A DNA stretch of 64,000 bases from Protoeuglena noctilucae (Eukaryota), in contig OY253681.1 of NCBI GenBank assembly GCA_958009085.1, positions 62,001-126,000 of the forward strand. The letters run 5' to 3'. The position numbers and the translations under genes are program-made. The notes beneath the pieces are model-generated. The model worked only from the letters and a program-made list of their open reading frames with translations, searched no databases and was not told the origin of the DNA. How positions within the stretch are numbered: the first letter of the stretch is position 1; each line of letters starts with the position of its first letter. Below, one piece after another: positions 37,301 through 49,129 of the stretch.

Positions 37301-40300
37301 CGCACGGCCATGCGCATGGGGCGGAGGGCGCGGGCGGCGCGGAGGGCCCGGAGGCCCGACAGGTTGCTGCGTCCGACGCCCGAGGCCTGGAGCGCCTGCA
37401 GCACGATGCTGAGGCACACCACGGCGAAGTCGAGTACGTTGTAGCCGGACCGGAGGTACGAGTGCGGCCCCAGGCAGAAGCCCAGGGCGGTGATCTTCAC
37501 GGCAGCCTCTGCCGCGAACGCGACGGTGAAGAAGACGTCGAGGGCGTTGATGGTGCGCTTGAGACGGCCCGCGGGGTCCAGCCCCGGCTCGTCCATCGCC
37601 AGCATGAGGCTGCTCCAGGCGATGAGGAGGAGCGAGGTGCCATCGAACCAACGCTGCCGCATCGCCCAGGCCGCGGCGCGCCGCAGCGGGTGCAGGTGCG
37701 GCTCCCCCGGCAGGCACAGCAGCGCGGGGTCCCGCAGCGCCGCCTCCAGGTCCGCCCGGTCCCGGTCCGCCAGCCCCACGCTCTCGGTGCGCCCCTCGCT
37801 CGCGGGCACCGACGCCCCCTCCTCCTCCTCCTCCCCCTCCCCCGGCGCCCCGCTTGCCTCTAACCCCACGAACGACCGCAGGTGGCTCACCAGCGACGCC
37901 CGCTTCCTCAGCCGCCCACGCCGCCCCGCCTGCGACTGCATCCGCGCAAGCAGCCCCTCGGAAAGGCGCGCCGAGGGACTCTCCCCGCTCCGCGCCGACA
38001 CCAGGCCCTCGCCGCTGCGCGCCACGTCCAGCGACGCCCGAGCCCCCCCCTTCAACCGCGACGTGCCCGGACCCCCCCGCCCCCCCCGCCCGTCCCCCGG
38101 CATCGTCGCCTCCGTGCGTGACTCCGCCCCTGATGACAGCCCCGCATCTCCCCCCGCGTCGCCCCCCTCCGTCGCCGCCCGCGGCCGGCACGCCTCAGGT
38201 CCCCCGGGTGACTCCTCCTCCCACTCCCCGGGTGACTCCTCCTCCCACTCCGGCGTGCCCCTTCGCGTCGGCTCCGACTCCAGTCGGAACATCACCCGCG
38301 CCGTGCCCTTGCGGCGGGGCGCCCCGCCCTCCCACGCCCGGCCTGGCCCCTCCCCCTCCCTCTGCGGCTCGTCGCTCGCACGCGACGGCCGCGCCCCCGC
38401 CCCCGCTGCAGATGCGGGCGCCGTCTCGGATGTGCCACCCGCGGTGTCTGCCGGCGATCCACGGCCCCAATCCGCCGACTCCGCCACGGGGCCCGGGCGA
38501 ACGGAGGGCCCGTGCATGGAGTCGGCATCGCCCTCGCTGCGCTCACTGCGCTCACTGCGCTCGGCCCCAGCCTTGCGATCTCCGTCGGGCGTCCCGCCCT
38601 CCGCCCGCCTTGCGCCTGACACACCCAGCCTGGCAGCAGAGCCGTGCCGCGAGCCGCCCCCCCCGCGCGACCCAGTCCCCGACCCAGTGAGGGACCCCAG
38701 CATCCGCGACCCGGCAGCCCCGATGGCCCCGCGTAGGGCCGACACGATGCGCCCCGCTGCCCCAGTCCCCTGCGACGCCTCGTCCCCGTCAGCCGCGTAC
38801 CCATCGAAGTTCTCCAAAAGGATGGCCAGGAATAGCGACAGCAGCACGAACACCCCCGCGACCACGAGGGTGAAGTAATAGAAGAACGCGCCCGGCCCCG
38901 TGGCAGCCATCGCACGGAAGAGCTGGGCAGACCACTTGTAGATGGCCAGGACCTGGAACGTGCTGAGCAACGCCCAGCCGAAGGAATCGTAACTCGCGTA
39001 GGGGACGTCCGCGGGGCCGACCTGGGCCAGGTAAGCCGGGACACCGTGGAGCGTGAGGACCTGGCAGAGTGCGCGGCCGCCGTAGGGAGACTCGGGGACG
39101 TCGATCCACGCGCCGGCCTGGGAAGGGTCGCAGTCGACGAAGCAGTCGCGGTGCAGGGGGCAGGGGAAGCCGAGGTCGTCGGGGCAGAGCTGGCGGGACC
39201 CGGGGACGGGGCATGTGTCGAGGTAATACCCGAACAGCTGCATGCCTGCGGGGCAGTGAGGAGGGGTGGTCAGGGTGAGGAGCAGCGTGGTTGCGCATTG
39301 CGGAACTGCGCTGCAGCTGGTGCACTAGCCCTAGCCCGGGATTAGAGCGCATGGTGCGGGGTCTATGTCTCGCTGCCGGCTCTCACCGAGGAGCGCGTAT
39401 ATGACCAGGATGAGGGCCAGCAGGACCAGGAGGTAAGCCACGGAGTTGATGCTGGCGGCCATGGTGGCCAGGAGGCGGTGGAGCTCTCGCCATCGCTTGG
39501 CGAGCTTGAAGACCCGGAAGATGCGGAAGGCGCGGAGGACGCTGAGGGCGGCGCTGCTGCGGCCGGGCAGTGCAGCGGTGATGACCAGCTCGGCCACGGA
39601 CGCGGCGACCACCGTGGCGTCGAAGACGTTCATGCGGGCGGTCCAGTACCGCCGCCACCCCAGGGCGACGTGCTTGAGGAGCATCTCAGCGGCGAAGAAG
39701 ACGGTGAGGGCGACGTTGATGACGTCGCTCGCGCGGCGCTGGGACTCGGGCATGCCCACGTGCTCGGCGGCGAGGACCGCCACGTTGGCGACGATGAGCG
39801 CCATCGAGACGTAGTCGAAGGCGGGGTGGTGGCACAGGCGCCAGCACGCCACCCGCACCGCCGCCCACCACCTCGGCCCTTGCGCCACATCCGCAGGCAC
39901 CTCCCTCGCCCCCTCCTCCTCTGCCCCCCCGGGCGCCTCCCACTCGCGCGCCTCGCGGTCCCTCTCGCTCTCCCGGCGGAACTGCTTGTACAGAACCGCG
40001 ACGAAGGTGGGTAGCGTGAAGTACACGCCCAGCACGAGCAGCAGAAGCAGGAAGATGGAGGGCAGCCAGGGGTTGACGCCGTCCTGTAAGGCGTAGAGGA
40101 TCTCGGTCCATCCCTCGATCGTCAAGACCTGGAAGACGGTCACCGACGCCTGCAAGATGTTGTCGAAGCCGGTGACGCCCGCGTGGGGGTTCTCGTAGGG
40201 CGCGCAGACCAGGCCCGGGTCGCGGTCGGGGGGCGACGGGCACACGAACCCGGCCCCCGCGGGCCCCAGGCGCGTGAAGGCGAGGCCTTCGGTGCCCGGG

Positions 40301-41602
40301 GCCGCGGGCGCGAAGGTCGTGCCGCTGGCGGCGTGCCCCGTGCAGACGGTGTCCTCCCAAACCACCGTGTCGTCCGGCAGCTGCTCGGGGATGACGTAGC
40401 GCAGTGCGCCGTTGTCGTCGAGCACTGCCTCCTGGCACCTCTTGCGCAGTGCGCCGCCGAAGAGGTCGACGCCGACGATGCCGAACAGCACGAAGAGGAA
40501 GAGGCACAGCAGGACGACGTCCAGCAGCATGGGGAGCGACGCGATGATGGCGGTGATGAGCACGCGCATGCCCCGGATGCCCCGGATGGTGCGGAGGGGG
40601 CGGAAGACGCGCACGACGCGGACGGAGCTGAAGTTGGACCCCGAGTTGACCCAGGGGAGGAGCGGCACAACGCCCAGGACCACCACGGCGAAGTCGAGAA
40701 CGTTCCACCCGTCCCTGGTTGGGGTGTGGGGGGAGTTGGGTGTGTGTGGGTTACCCTGACTGAGTTGAGGATTGGAGTGCGGTCAGGGTAGCGATTAAGA
40801 GAGTGGTTTAGAGTGGCTCACCGGATGTACGCCCCCGGTGCGCCCACGAAGCCCATCGCGACGACCTTGACCAGCATCTCGGCACTGCGGGGTCGGGGGC
40901 GTGTATGGGGCGATGTGGGTGTGTGGATGTATAGGCATGGGGTGTAAACAAGGGCGCGTGGCTGCTCACAGGAAGGCGAAGGTGAAGAAGAGCTCTGCGG
41001 TGGGCATGGCACGGCCGATGCGGGTGTCGGGGAAGCCCGGTGCGTTGGAGGACATGGCCAGGAAGATGGTATTAGCCAGAATGACGAGCTGGATGGCGAT
41101 GCCAAAGGCGCGGTGCTCCATGAGGCGGATGGCCGCCTGGCGCACGGGGTTGTTGAGGTCCAGGACGAAGCACGAACGCCACGGCCACACGCGGCGGCGC
41201 TCCCCGTTCTGGGCCGCACGCTCCTGGGTGCAAGGCGCGGCAGCGTGGGCGGTTCGGCAGGCCGAGCTGATGTCGTCGGCGACACGCGCAGGTGACAAGG
41301 GGCGCACGGGACTCACTCTTAGGGCCGTCAGGAAGGCGGCGAAGCGGGCATCGCGGATGCAGAAGCGCTCGTCGTCTGGGTCAGCGCCACTGAAGAGCGG
41401 GTCAGGGCGGGGCGGGGCCTGCGGAGGAAGCAACGCGGCTGGGGTTATCCGCGATGTAATCTCTCATCGCATGAAAGATCGCTCACGGCGCGGGGGACCG
41501 GGAGCTGTCGCGCCGGCGGCAGAATGCGCAGCTCACCTGAGCTCGCCGCTTGCAGTACGCGTCCAGCGTCTTGGCCGCGCCGGCACTCGGGGCCTGGTAC
41601 AT
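34378..41602 (-). CDS. Four-domain voltage-gated Ca2+/Na+ channel alpha subunit with C-terminal EF-hand-like and IQ motifs
   Basis: Four 6-TM repeats with Arg-rich S4 segments (VRVVRVFRPLRTI, LRAFRIFRVFKL, LRALRAARALRPMR, VRVFRVARIFRL). Pore loops TIEGW, AIYKW, SAQGW, TGETW. Also WSKHDPDGTGRVP and AVAVQAAVRG. Probable first exon MYQAPS...RAQ. Confidence 0.92.
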
Positions 41603-42594
41603 GACAGTGCTGCGAGGGGGGATGCAATGGAGTGTCCGTGCCGTATACACTCCGCATTCCCCGGTTAGATGTGCACCGGAGCAGCAGCATCGCGGCCGGT
41701 CGCCCCACGAGCTCGTCCGTGCCGTCCCCTGCCACTTGCCTGTCCTCCGCAAGAGCCTGCCCCCTCGGCAGACCGTCCGGTAATGCGGAGGGCATGGATA
41801 CTCTCCACCCTGCGCGTCCGTGCCTATGGTGGCGGAATCCTCGCAGCCAAGCCGACGATTCGTGTTTTGAGAGAGTGCTTACGAAGAGAGGTGCAGGCGT
41901 GGATCACGGACGGCAATCTCCGTCGCCGCGGCGATGCGCGGGAGGGCGGCGCAGTCTATGCAAGGAGGGATGCGAGTGCCGCGCACGGGGCCGTCCACTC
42001 TCGGCGAGGGGCGACCTGCCTGCAATATACCATTTCCACTACCACAAACAGCACCCGACGGCTCCGCGCAGCCACGCTGCGCCTCGCGCCTCGCGCCCAG
42101 CGCGGCCTGGGGCGCCGAGGTGACGAGCGGCGCAGGCTGCGGGTGGATTTTTTTTGCAAAAGCACGGGAAACGGGCACTTGCTCGGCGCTTCGGCTGGGT
42201 GGCCGCGCGGGAGCCGCGGTTGACCCTTGCCAGTGCCCACATGGCGTGACTCGGAGGAAGAAGCGAGAATGCCGGGTCTTTGCTCGCAGCACTGCGATGG
42301 TGGGTGGCTCACGCGCGCATCGGACACGTGTCCGCCCGCCAACCCGGCTCGCGCGAGGCGGGCGTAGAAGCCGTGCATGCAAGCTCTGACTCGCGCCCGC
42401 CCGCCGCGAGATCCCGCGATTGCTGAGGCGCGCTGTCACTGACGCGTAGCGACATCGACCTGGCCGCCGCGCAAGCATGGAAAGGACCGTCGGGGGCCAC
42501 GGTGCGTTCCGATGGAGTTGCGGCGCCGGCCCGGGCTGCCAGGGCTTCTGTCTCCGCGCCTGTGGCAACGCTGACCCTCCCCTCACCGCGACTG

Positions 42595-43339
42595 ATGCTC
42601 TCCCCCGCAGCGGGCAGCGTGCGCCCGCGCCGGGCGCACCCGGCGACGGCGGCCCTCCGCGCGTTCCCGCTGTGGGTCTCCTTCCTCGTCGCCAACGCCG
42701 CGCTGGCCGCCCTGAGCATGCTGGCGCCCGGCGAGCCCATCACGGCGCTCGGTGCGCGCGTCGCCGGGGCCGGCTTCCTCACGACGCGCACCGCAGTCCA
42801 CGCGCTGCTCTCTGCCCTCGCCTTCGCGACCATTTTCGGCGCGACCTTCCACGGCCGGCCCTTCCCGGGTGAGCTGGGACGAAGATCACGATGTATGACA
42901 TGCTGTCGATGTGCTGCGGGGCCGCGACTCATCGCGAATCCCCCACCCNNNNNNNNNNNNNNNNNNNNNNNNNNNNNNNNNNNNNNNNNNNNNNNNNNNN
43001 NNNNNNNNNNNNNNNNNNNNNNNNNNNNNNNNNNNNNNNNNNNNNNNNNNNNNNNNNNNNNNNNNNNNNNNNNNNNNNNNNNNNNNNNNNNNNNNNNNNN
43101 NNNNNNNNNNNNNNNNNNNNNNNNNNNNNNNNNNNNNNNNNNNNNNNNACGCGGTGCGGGGCGGTGGTGGCCGTGCAGGAGTGGACGAGCGGCAAGAAGC
43201 CCACGCGGAAGGGCCCCGCGGGGCAGCCCAGCGCCAGGCGGGGGGACTACGGTGGCAGCGTGGCCGGGCCGCGCGCCAAGGGAGCCAAGCCCGGGCCGGG
43301 GGCCGCCGTGCGGGAGCCGCACATGCCCGGGTTCGTCTG
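42595..43339 (+). CDS. Small hydrophobic (membrane) protein of unknown function, interrupted by assembly gap
   Basis: ORF with two hydrophobic segments (LWVSFLVANAALAALSML, AVHALLSALAFATIFG) ending at a GT donor near 42869. Coding-like sequence after the gap ends ...EPHMPGFV-TGA. Linkage across the gap is assumed. Confidence 0.45.
42949..43148. other. Assembly gap (200 N)
   Basis: Run of N bases. Confidence 1.
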
Positions 43340-43659
43340 AGGGGGTGTGCTGCGGGGTAGTGGGACGTGCGGATTTTGAACTTGAAACTACTCGTGGCGG
43401 CCGCTAGGGAAGAAAGGGCGCATCATGTATGGCGTAGCTGGACGAGGTTGTTGACAACGACCCGGCCTGAGCAATTAAAGACGTACTTGTTACCAGAAAG
43501 CTTCATTCATGGACTTTTGAAATTCAGTTTTTGCATTCCATCGACCACTGTGAAGGGGGCAGGGGCGGTGCGTTACTGAGTCGAGTAAGTGTAAGCTAAA
43601 AAGTGGAACATGGGTGCAAGCACATGGAATTAAAAAGCTTTGTATACTTTACTAGCCCC

Positions 43660-46600
43660 TTAATTAAATTTTATAACATTAAAAGCCTGGTAGTTCTTAC
43701 CTGACTCCAATTCCCTTGAATGTGGCTTCTTCGAAGAGGAGCTCCTCTGAGATTTGCTTTTCGAATTTGGCGGGCCAGGAGTGGGCGGTTCAGGCGGAAC
43801 CGCACCCTCGGAGCCACCCCCATTGTCAGCCACGACCAAAGGGCAGTCGGCCATGATCATGGTGTGGTCGGTCAGAGGCCTGCCATCAGAAAACGTCATA
43901 TCTCTGTATGGAACGACCTGAAGCGACCTCCCTGTCTGCAAAGAGGATAACATGTAAAAAATTTTTTTTGTACATAATCACATTGTCATATTACATCAGT
44001 AGTTTTGTCACCTGAAAGTCCGTTCCAACGTCGACCTCCAGTATCCTTTCATCAAAGAGGATAAAGTCGTAAGTATGCGGGTCCCCGACAGACATGTTCG
44101 TCTGTCTCGGCAGGTCGTGCTTGCCTGACTTGCAGACAAACGTGAGGCAGTCGCGGGGGGGCTCTTGAATCACACGAAGTGCGGGGAATGCGCATGTGGC
44201 CTGTGCAAATGTGACGTTAAGAAACGGAATAGATTTGGACACCAATTTTTGATCCTCTGTTGCCTTCACCTCGGTCGTGGAGCTGTGGTTGAAGTCCCCC
44301 GCTAAGACAATTACCCCACGCTTCTTGAAGTTATCCAGCGTTCCGATGTGCTTTGCGATCTGTTTAATCTCGGCCTCGATGATCGGCAGTTTGGCAGCTT
44401 GGAAGCCCGTCGTGTGCACCAGCACCACCGTCATCCTGGCCCAGATGAAGTCCAGCGTCACCACAAAGCCCTTCCTCCTCTCGCCGGCGTCGGGCACTTC
44501 AACGGCAAAGACACTTGGTCCAGGACTCTTGTCTCCTAAAGCAGCATCTTGCTTGCTCGACCCAGGTTTGCCTCCTGAAGCAGGATCTTTCTTACTTGGT
44601 CCAGGTTTGCCATTTTTGGTTGCAGGTTCTTCACGACAGATGGCGTCTCTCTGCATGACGCATAATAGGTCTTGTTTAAGGTTTTTACAAAATTTGCAAT
44701 TACAGTTATACTGTTTTATTCCACAGGCAATAAATTGCATCACCAAGTTAGTATAAATTGAAAGAGAAAAAAGTATAATTTACCATATTCTCACCTGGCA
44801 CCCCGTGCACGACGAGCGTACGAAGAGCACGGCAACCTCAGTACCCCCCATTCCCTGGCCGAGCTCGTCACTGATGCAGAATGTCCAATACTCTCCAGGC
44901 TGCTCCTCCTGCAACTTTTCTATGAACATGTTGCAAAACCTCTGGGCGACCTCCTTCTCAACCTCAACAAGCCCAAGGACGTCAACGGCATACTTGCTTA
45001 CAAGCTGAGATAGTTTTTTTGACACCTCAGAAACCCCCTTCATATAAATTTTCATATTTAAGTTAAGGCAGGCAAACCGAACGAAAGCCGGCCTGAAGTT
45101 GCGGTCTACAAAGCCCCTTTTATCATTGACTCCGACACCAGTGATGGACAGCTGACCGGTGCTGCTTTAAGTAACAGGTTCGCGGAAGCTGTGTCCTTAT
45201 GCGGATACCCAGAGATCATTTCCAGCTCCATCTTCTAACGCCCTCATTCTCCTCACGACGCCATTCCTTGTGCTGGTGGCAAGGGTGTTCATGTCATCCA
45301 ACACACGCCTTTTTAGCTGTAGGTCAGCGGCTTTTTTAACCTCCGTCCAAAATTTTGCAACGTTCTCCCTCAGTCTTTTGGGAAATATCGGCAGGTTGCG
45401 CATCTCAGCAAAGGTGCATTTGTTTACAAAGGCCATGCTGTTGGCGACCCGTGACGCCAGCTCATTACTGGGGAGCCAAAGAGCCTGGTATCGGATGGGC
45501 TGCTGACTTGTGTACATTTCTAATACTCTGCAAAAGATGGCATATATTCCGCACCCCCAGGCGTTGTCTATTAGCTGATCAGCACCCTGGACCAGGGTAT
45601 TACGCCATTGGCATAAAAAACCGTAGCTCCAGTTTCGCAGACTACGGCTGCGGCTTCCTGTGCGGTGTAAACCAGCGAGTCCCCACGAAACCGGATTTCT
45701 GACTCCTGCCCACCCACATGCACGCCCCCCTGGTACAGTAGTACGTTATCCAGTGTCAATTTTGCTGTGCCCGATACCCTGATGCCTACCGGCGTCTGTG
45801 CAACCAAAGTGCCGTTCTTTATGGACACTGTGACCCCTCGTATTTCGAGCGCGGATTTGAGAACAACCATTTGCTTGTGGAGGTCGATGGTGGCAGGGGC
45901 GTTCACGGCCTCCTGCAGCAGTGCATTTGTCCACTCGGAGGGGGCCTGCGTGAATTTAAAATAATATAGGAATACATACTTCTTATAATTCGATAATATG
46001 ATCAAAAAAAACAACAATGCAAGCGAGTGTACACGCACCTCAAAGTTCTCCCCCTCATTCTTGTCTTGCAGTTGTACTCTGCCATAAACGACCTTTTTTA
46101 GCCCTGAACCATTAGGGACGACATTTGTAGGTGTCACAACAGCCCCTGCACAGTCCGTGACGGTACATCTACTGACGTCAATTTCACTGCCTGCGACGCA
46201 AAGCATTTCGCTACCCTTGCAACTTGCAATGGTGCAGCCCTGCACGACAGCAGTGCCTCCACGCTGGACCCAGACTCCGCTACCCTTGCAGCCTGTGACG
46301 GTGCAGCCCTGCACCACAGCATCGCCCTCACACTGAATCCAGACCCTGCATGCCCACACCTTGATATGCTCGATGTTGCTTCGTCACTGAAAGTAACACT
46401 CCCCTCGCAATAGACCCCGTAAGTCGTGCAATCCTTGATCTCAACACCAGGGCCTATGATCACACCTGCCCCATTCCTAGCGTAAATGCCAGCCCCTCCA
46501 CAACCAACAACACGTGTTTTATTAGTTAAGGTAACATTCCCGTCTTTTTCGCACGTCACTCCATTTTGCTCAGCTCCATCGACCTGCACGCCATCCATTG

Positions 46601-48472
46601 TGAGTCTATGTCTGGCAAAAATTCGGACTCCAGCCCCGTGCACCTCAATATTGTCGAGGCTCACTGAGACATCAGCAATGGGCACATTTAGGCCCCCCAC
46701 CATGACATGGGTGCTGTGGCTCCCCGCCTCCAGGCGCCCGTTCTGGAGCGTTGTGTTTAGCTCAATCACCAGTAGAGTTGTTAGCTTTACCACGGCCTTT
46801 TGCAGGTCTATAATCGCGCCATCCTGTTGAAGCTCTTCCCTGAGCCAATTCTCAGAGTAATACTGCAGTGCAAAACACAATATAAATCAATATAAATCAA
46901 AAATATTAACAAAACAAAATAAATATCAAAATAGTTACTTACCTCAATACTGTCAGCCGCTGGTGGAAGCCTGCTGTCTCCTTCTTGTGTTGTGACCGCT
47001 TCCAAAGTATCACCCATTCCCCCTCCTCTCTTTTGCCACAGCGGCCCACCGCAGCCCTCCACCCTTGTTTTTGCAAGCTCATCCTGAACAATCACACAAT
47101 CCTTTTCATACAGTACCCCCCCCGTGCCACAGTTTCGAATACTGGCACCACACAGCACCAATTTACTGCCGCCACTTGCAAACACTCCTCGACTCTTGCA
47201 GTCCCGGATGTGGGCACCAGTGATACATGCCTCACCGTCAGCTATTTCTAGCCCATGAGATTCGCCATCCCAAACACGGACATGATTTAGCATCACACGC
47301 CCGCCTTTTCTGCATGAAACGCTCGATTTTTTGCTGCGAAGTATGCTACCGCCCAGCACTATGGCTTGCTGTGACACCGGGGACTTGCTTGGGTCGCCCT
47401 CCACAAGCAAGCCATTCACGCAGTCCTCCAACAAAGGGCTCACAAGAAGCACCTTGCCCGCTTCTTCGCAGTGCACGCCCTGTTCGCAATCTGAAATGTG
47501 TGCTGAGCGGAGGACAGCAACGCCTTCTTGTACATGAACGCCGGCAACACAGCAGCCGCTGATCTCCACTTCGGACATGTCAATCAACGCTGCAGAGCCA
47601 CTGCAGAGCAAGCCATATTGTAAATAATCAAGGGTTATGTTGTGCCCAACCGCAGTGCTGGTGTCAGTGCATATACCTGCGGAGCAACTGGTGATAACCA
47701 CATCCGTCGCCTCAAGACGGCTTTTACTGTCTACAAACAATCCAAAGAGAAAGTTGGTGATTTCGCAACGTGTTACTATTAACTCCCCGCCTCCCACGCT
47801 CGCTCCAATTAACGCCCATTCCCCAATGCCACTCAAATCCGTGTCCTCCAACTTTACGGTGCCCCCTCTACAATCCACGAGTGCCAGTTCAGTATCCGAC
47901 TCTATTTCAGAGGTGACGGTGCATTTCGAAAGGTGCACTCTCCCACCGTCCACGGACACAGAGGTAGTTTTACACCCCTCCACCACTACATCCTCCAGCT
48001 GCACATCCCCATTCCCTTCACAGTGGACTGCATAATCCATGCATTCAGAAATGCACCCCTCCATGTATTTAGCCCGTCCCTGGCCCACAATTTTCAGCCC
48101 GTGGCATTTGCTGTCCTGAATGGTCACATTCTGCAGTGTAAGTCTGCCTGCCACAACGAATCCATTCCCTTCGATCGTGCCGTCTCTGATGGTCACGTCC
48201 GCCCCTTCAGGGATCTCCAACGGACCTGTCAGTGGGATCGTCACACCCTCTTCCTGCCTGATGCACAAGACGATTGGCTGGCCCCTATCCCTAGCCTCCC
48301 CCACCCTCCGAGTGAGGTCATCTTCTGACAAAACCTCAAAAGTCATCTCCTGCGGAGACAGTGGGATGAACACCAGGGCACTACGTCAAAACACAAAGAC
48401 TCTGCATGCCTCACAAAAGAGCCATCATGTGAGACATGTGAACATACGGCTTGGATAAACCCTCGCCTGCAT
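43660..48472 (-). CDS. Right-handed beta-helix repeats + helix-hairpin-helix-like + EEP (DNase I-like) nuclease/phosphatase fusion; one apparent frameshift
   Basis: Parallel beta-helix repeats (e.g. ISGCCVAGVHVQEG, VTGCKGSGVWVQRGG); FVNKCTFAEMRNLPIFP and LSITGVG (HhH-like); EEP motifs FACLNLN, VLGLVEV, VLAGDFN, TYDFILF, LTDH. Introns are AT-rich. Frame slip in a G run near 46344. Confidence 0.75.
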
Positions 48473-49129
48473 CCGCACAACGCCCGGCGTCGCCCGGGTG
48501 CCACCCGCAGCAACGTTGACCGTCGCAGCTGGCTTCGCTCCCGACCGCTTGGCGCCGCCTTTGCCGCGCGGACCCTGCGAAGGCAATGAACATACATTAA
48601 TGAGCACCGTCAGCACATCCACGCTTCCAGATGCCCGCTGCGCCGCGCGACAAGGGCGATGCTGCGGTGTCCACATGCGCCGGCCGCGCCGCGCCCTCCC
48701 GGGCGCGAACAAGCCGCGGTACCAGGCTCCCGATGCAATCACAGTCGCAATCAACGCATCCACCACCCGTACGTCCCCGCTCGCCCCACGACGCGGCGCC
48801 GCGGGCGTCGTGCTCTCTCGCTTCCCAGCCGCCCGCGCTAAGCTCACCCGCCCGCCGACGCCTGCTCTCCTCCTCGCTACGCCCGCTCAGACCGGGCCAG
48901 ACACCGTCGCAATCCACGCCCGGGGGGACGCGCCTCGCTCCCGGGGGCCACGACGACTCTCACGCACTCTACGCTCGTACTCGCTGCTCTCTGCACTCTG
49001 ACCGAGACGCCAGACGCTCGCACCGCACGCTATCTATGTCCCAGCAGCGCCCAAGCACGGTTCGCTTGGCAGGGCCGGCTCCCTGACGCGCTTTTTGGCG
49101 TTGGTTTCAAGCACGGCTGCAGCCCATCT

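Noticed and set aside
35942..38878. Long overlapping alternate-frame and antisense ORFs (e.g. 749 aa, 462 aa)
   Set aside because: Expected shadows of very GC-rich coding sequence; low-complexity translations with no motifs.
42595..42870. ORMDL-family assignment for the small membrane protein
   Set aside because: Only a vague H...G.PF resemblance; the C-terminus does not match and the middle is missing in the gap.
43660..45100. LINE retrotransposon endonuclease
   Set aside because: The EEP domain is C-terminal, interrupted by introns and has no reverse transcriptase following it.
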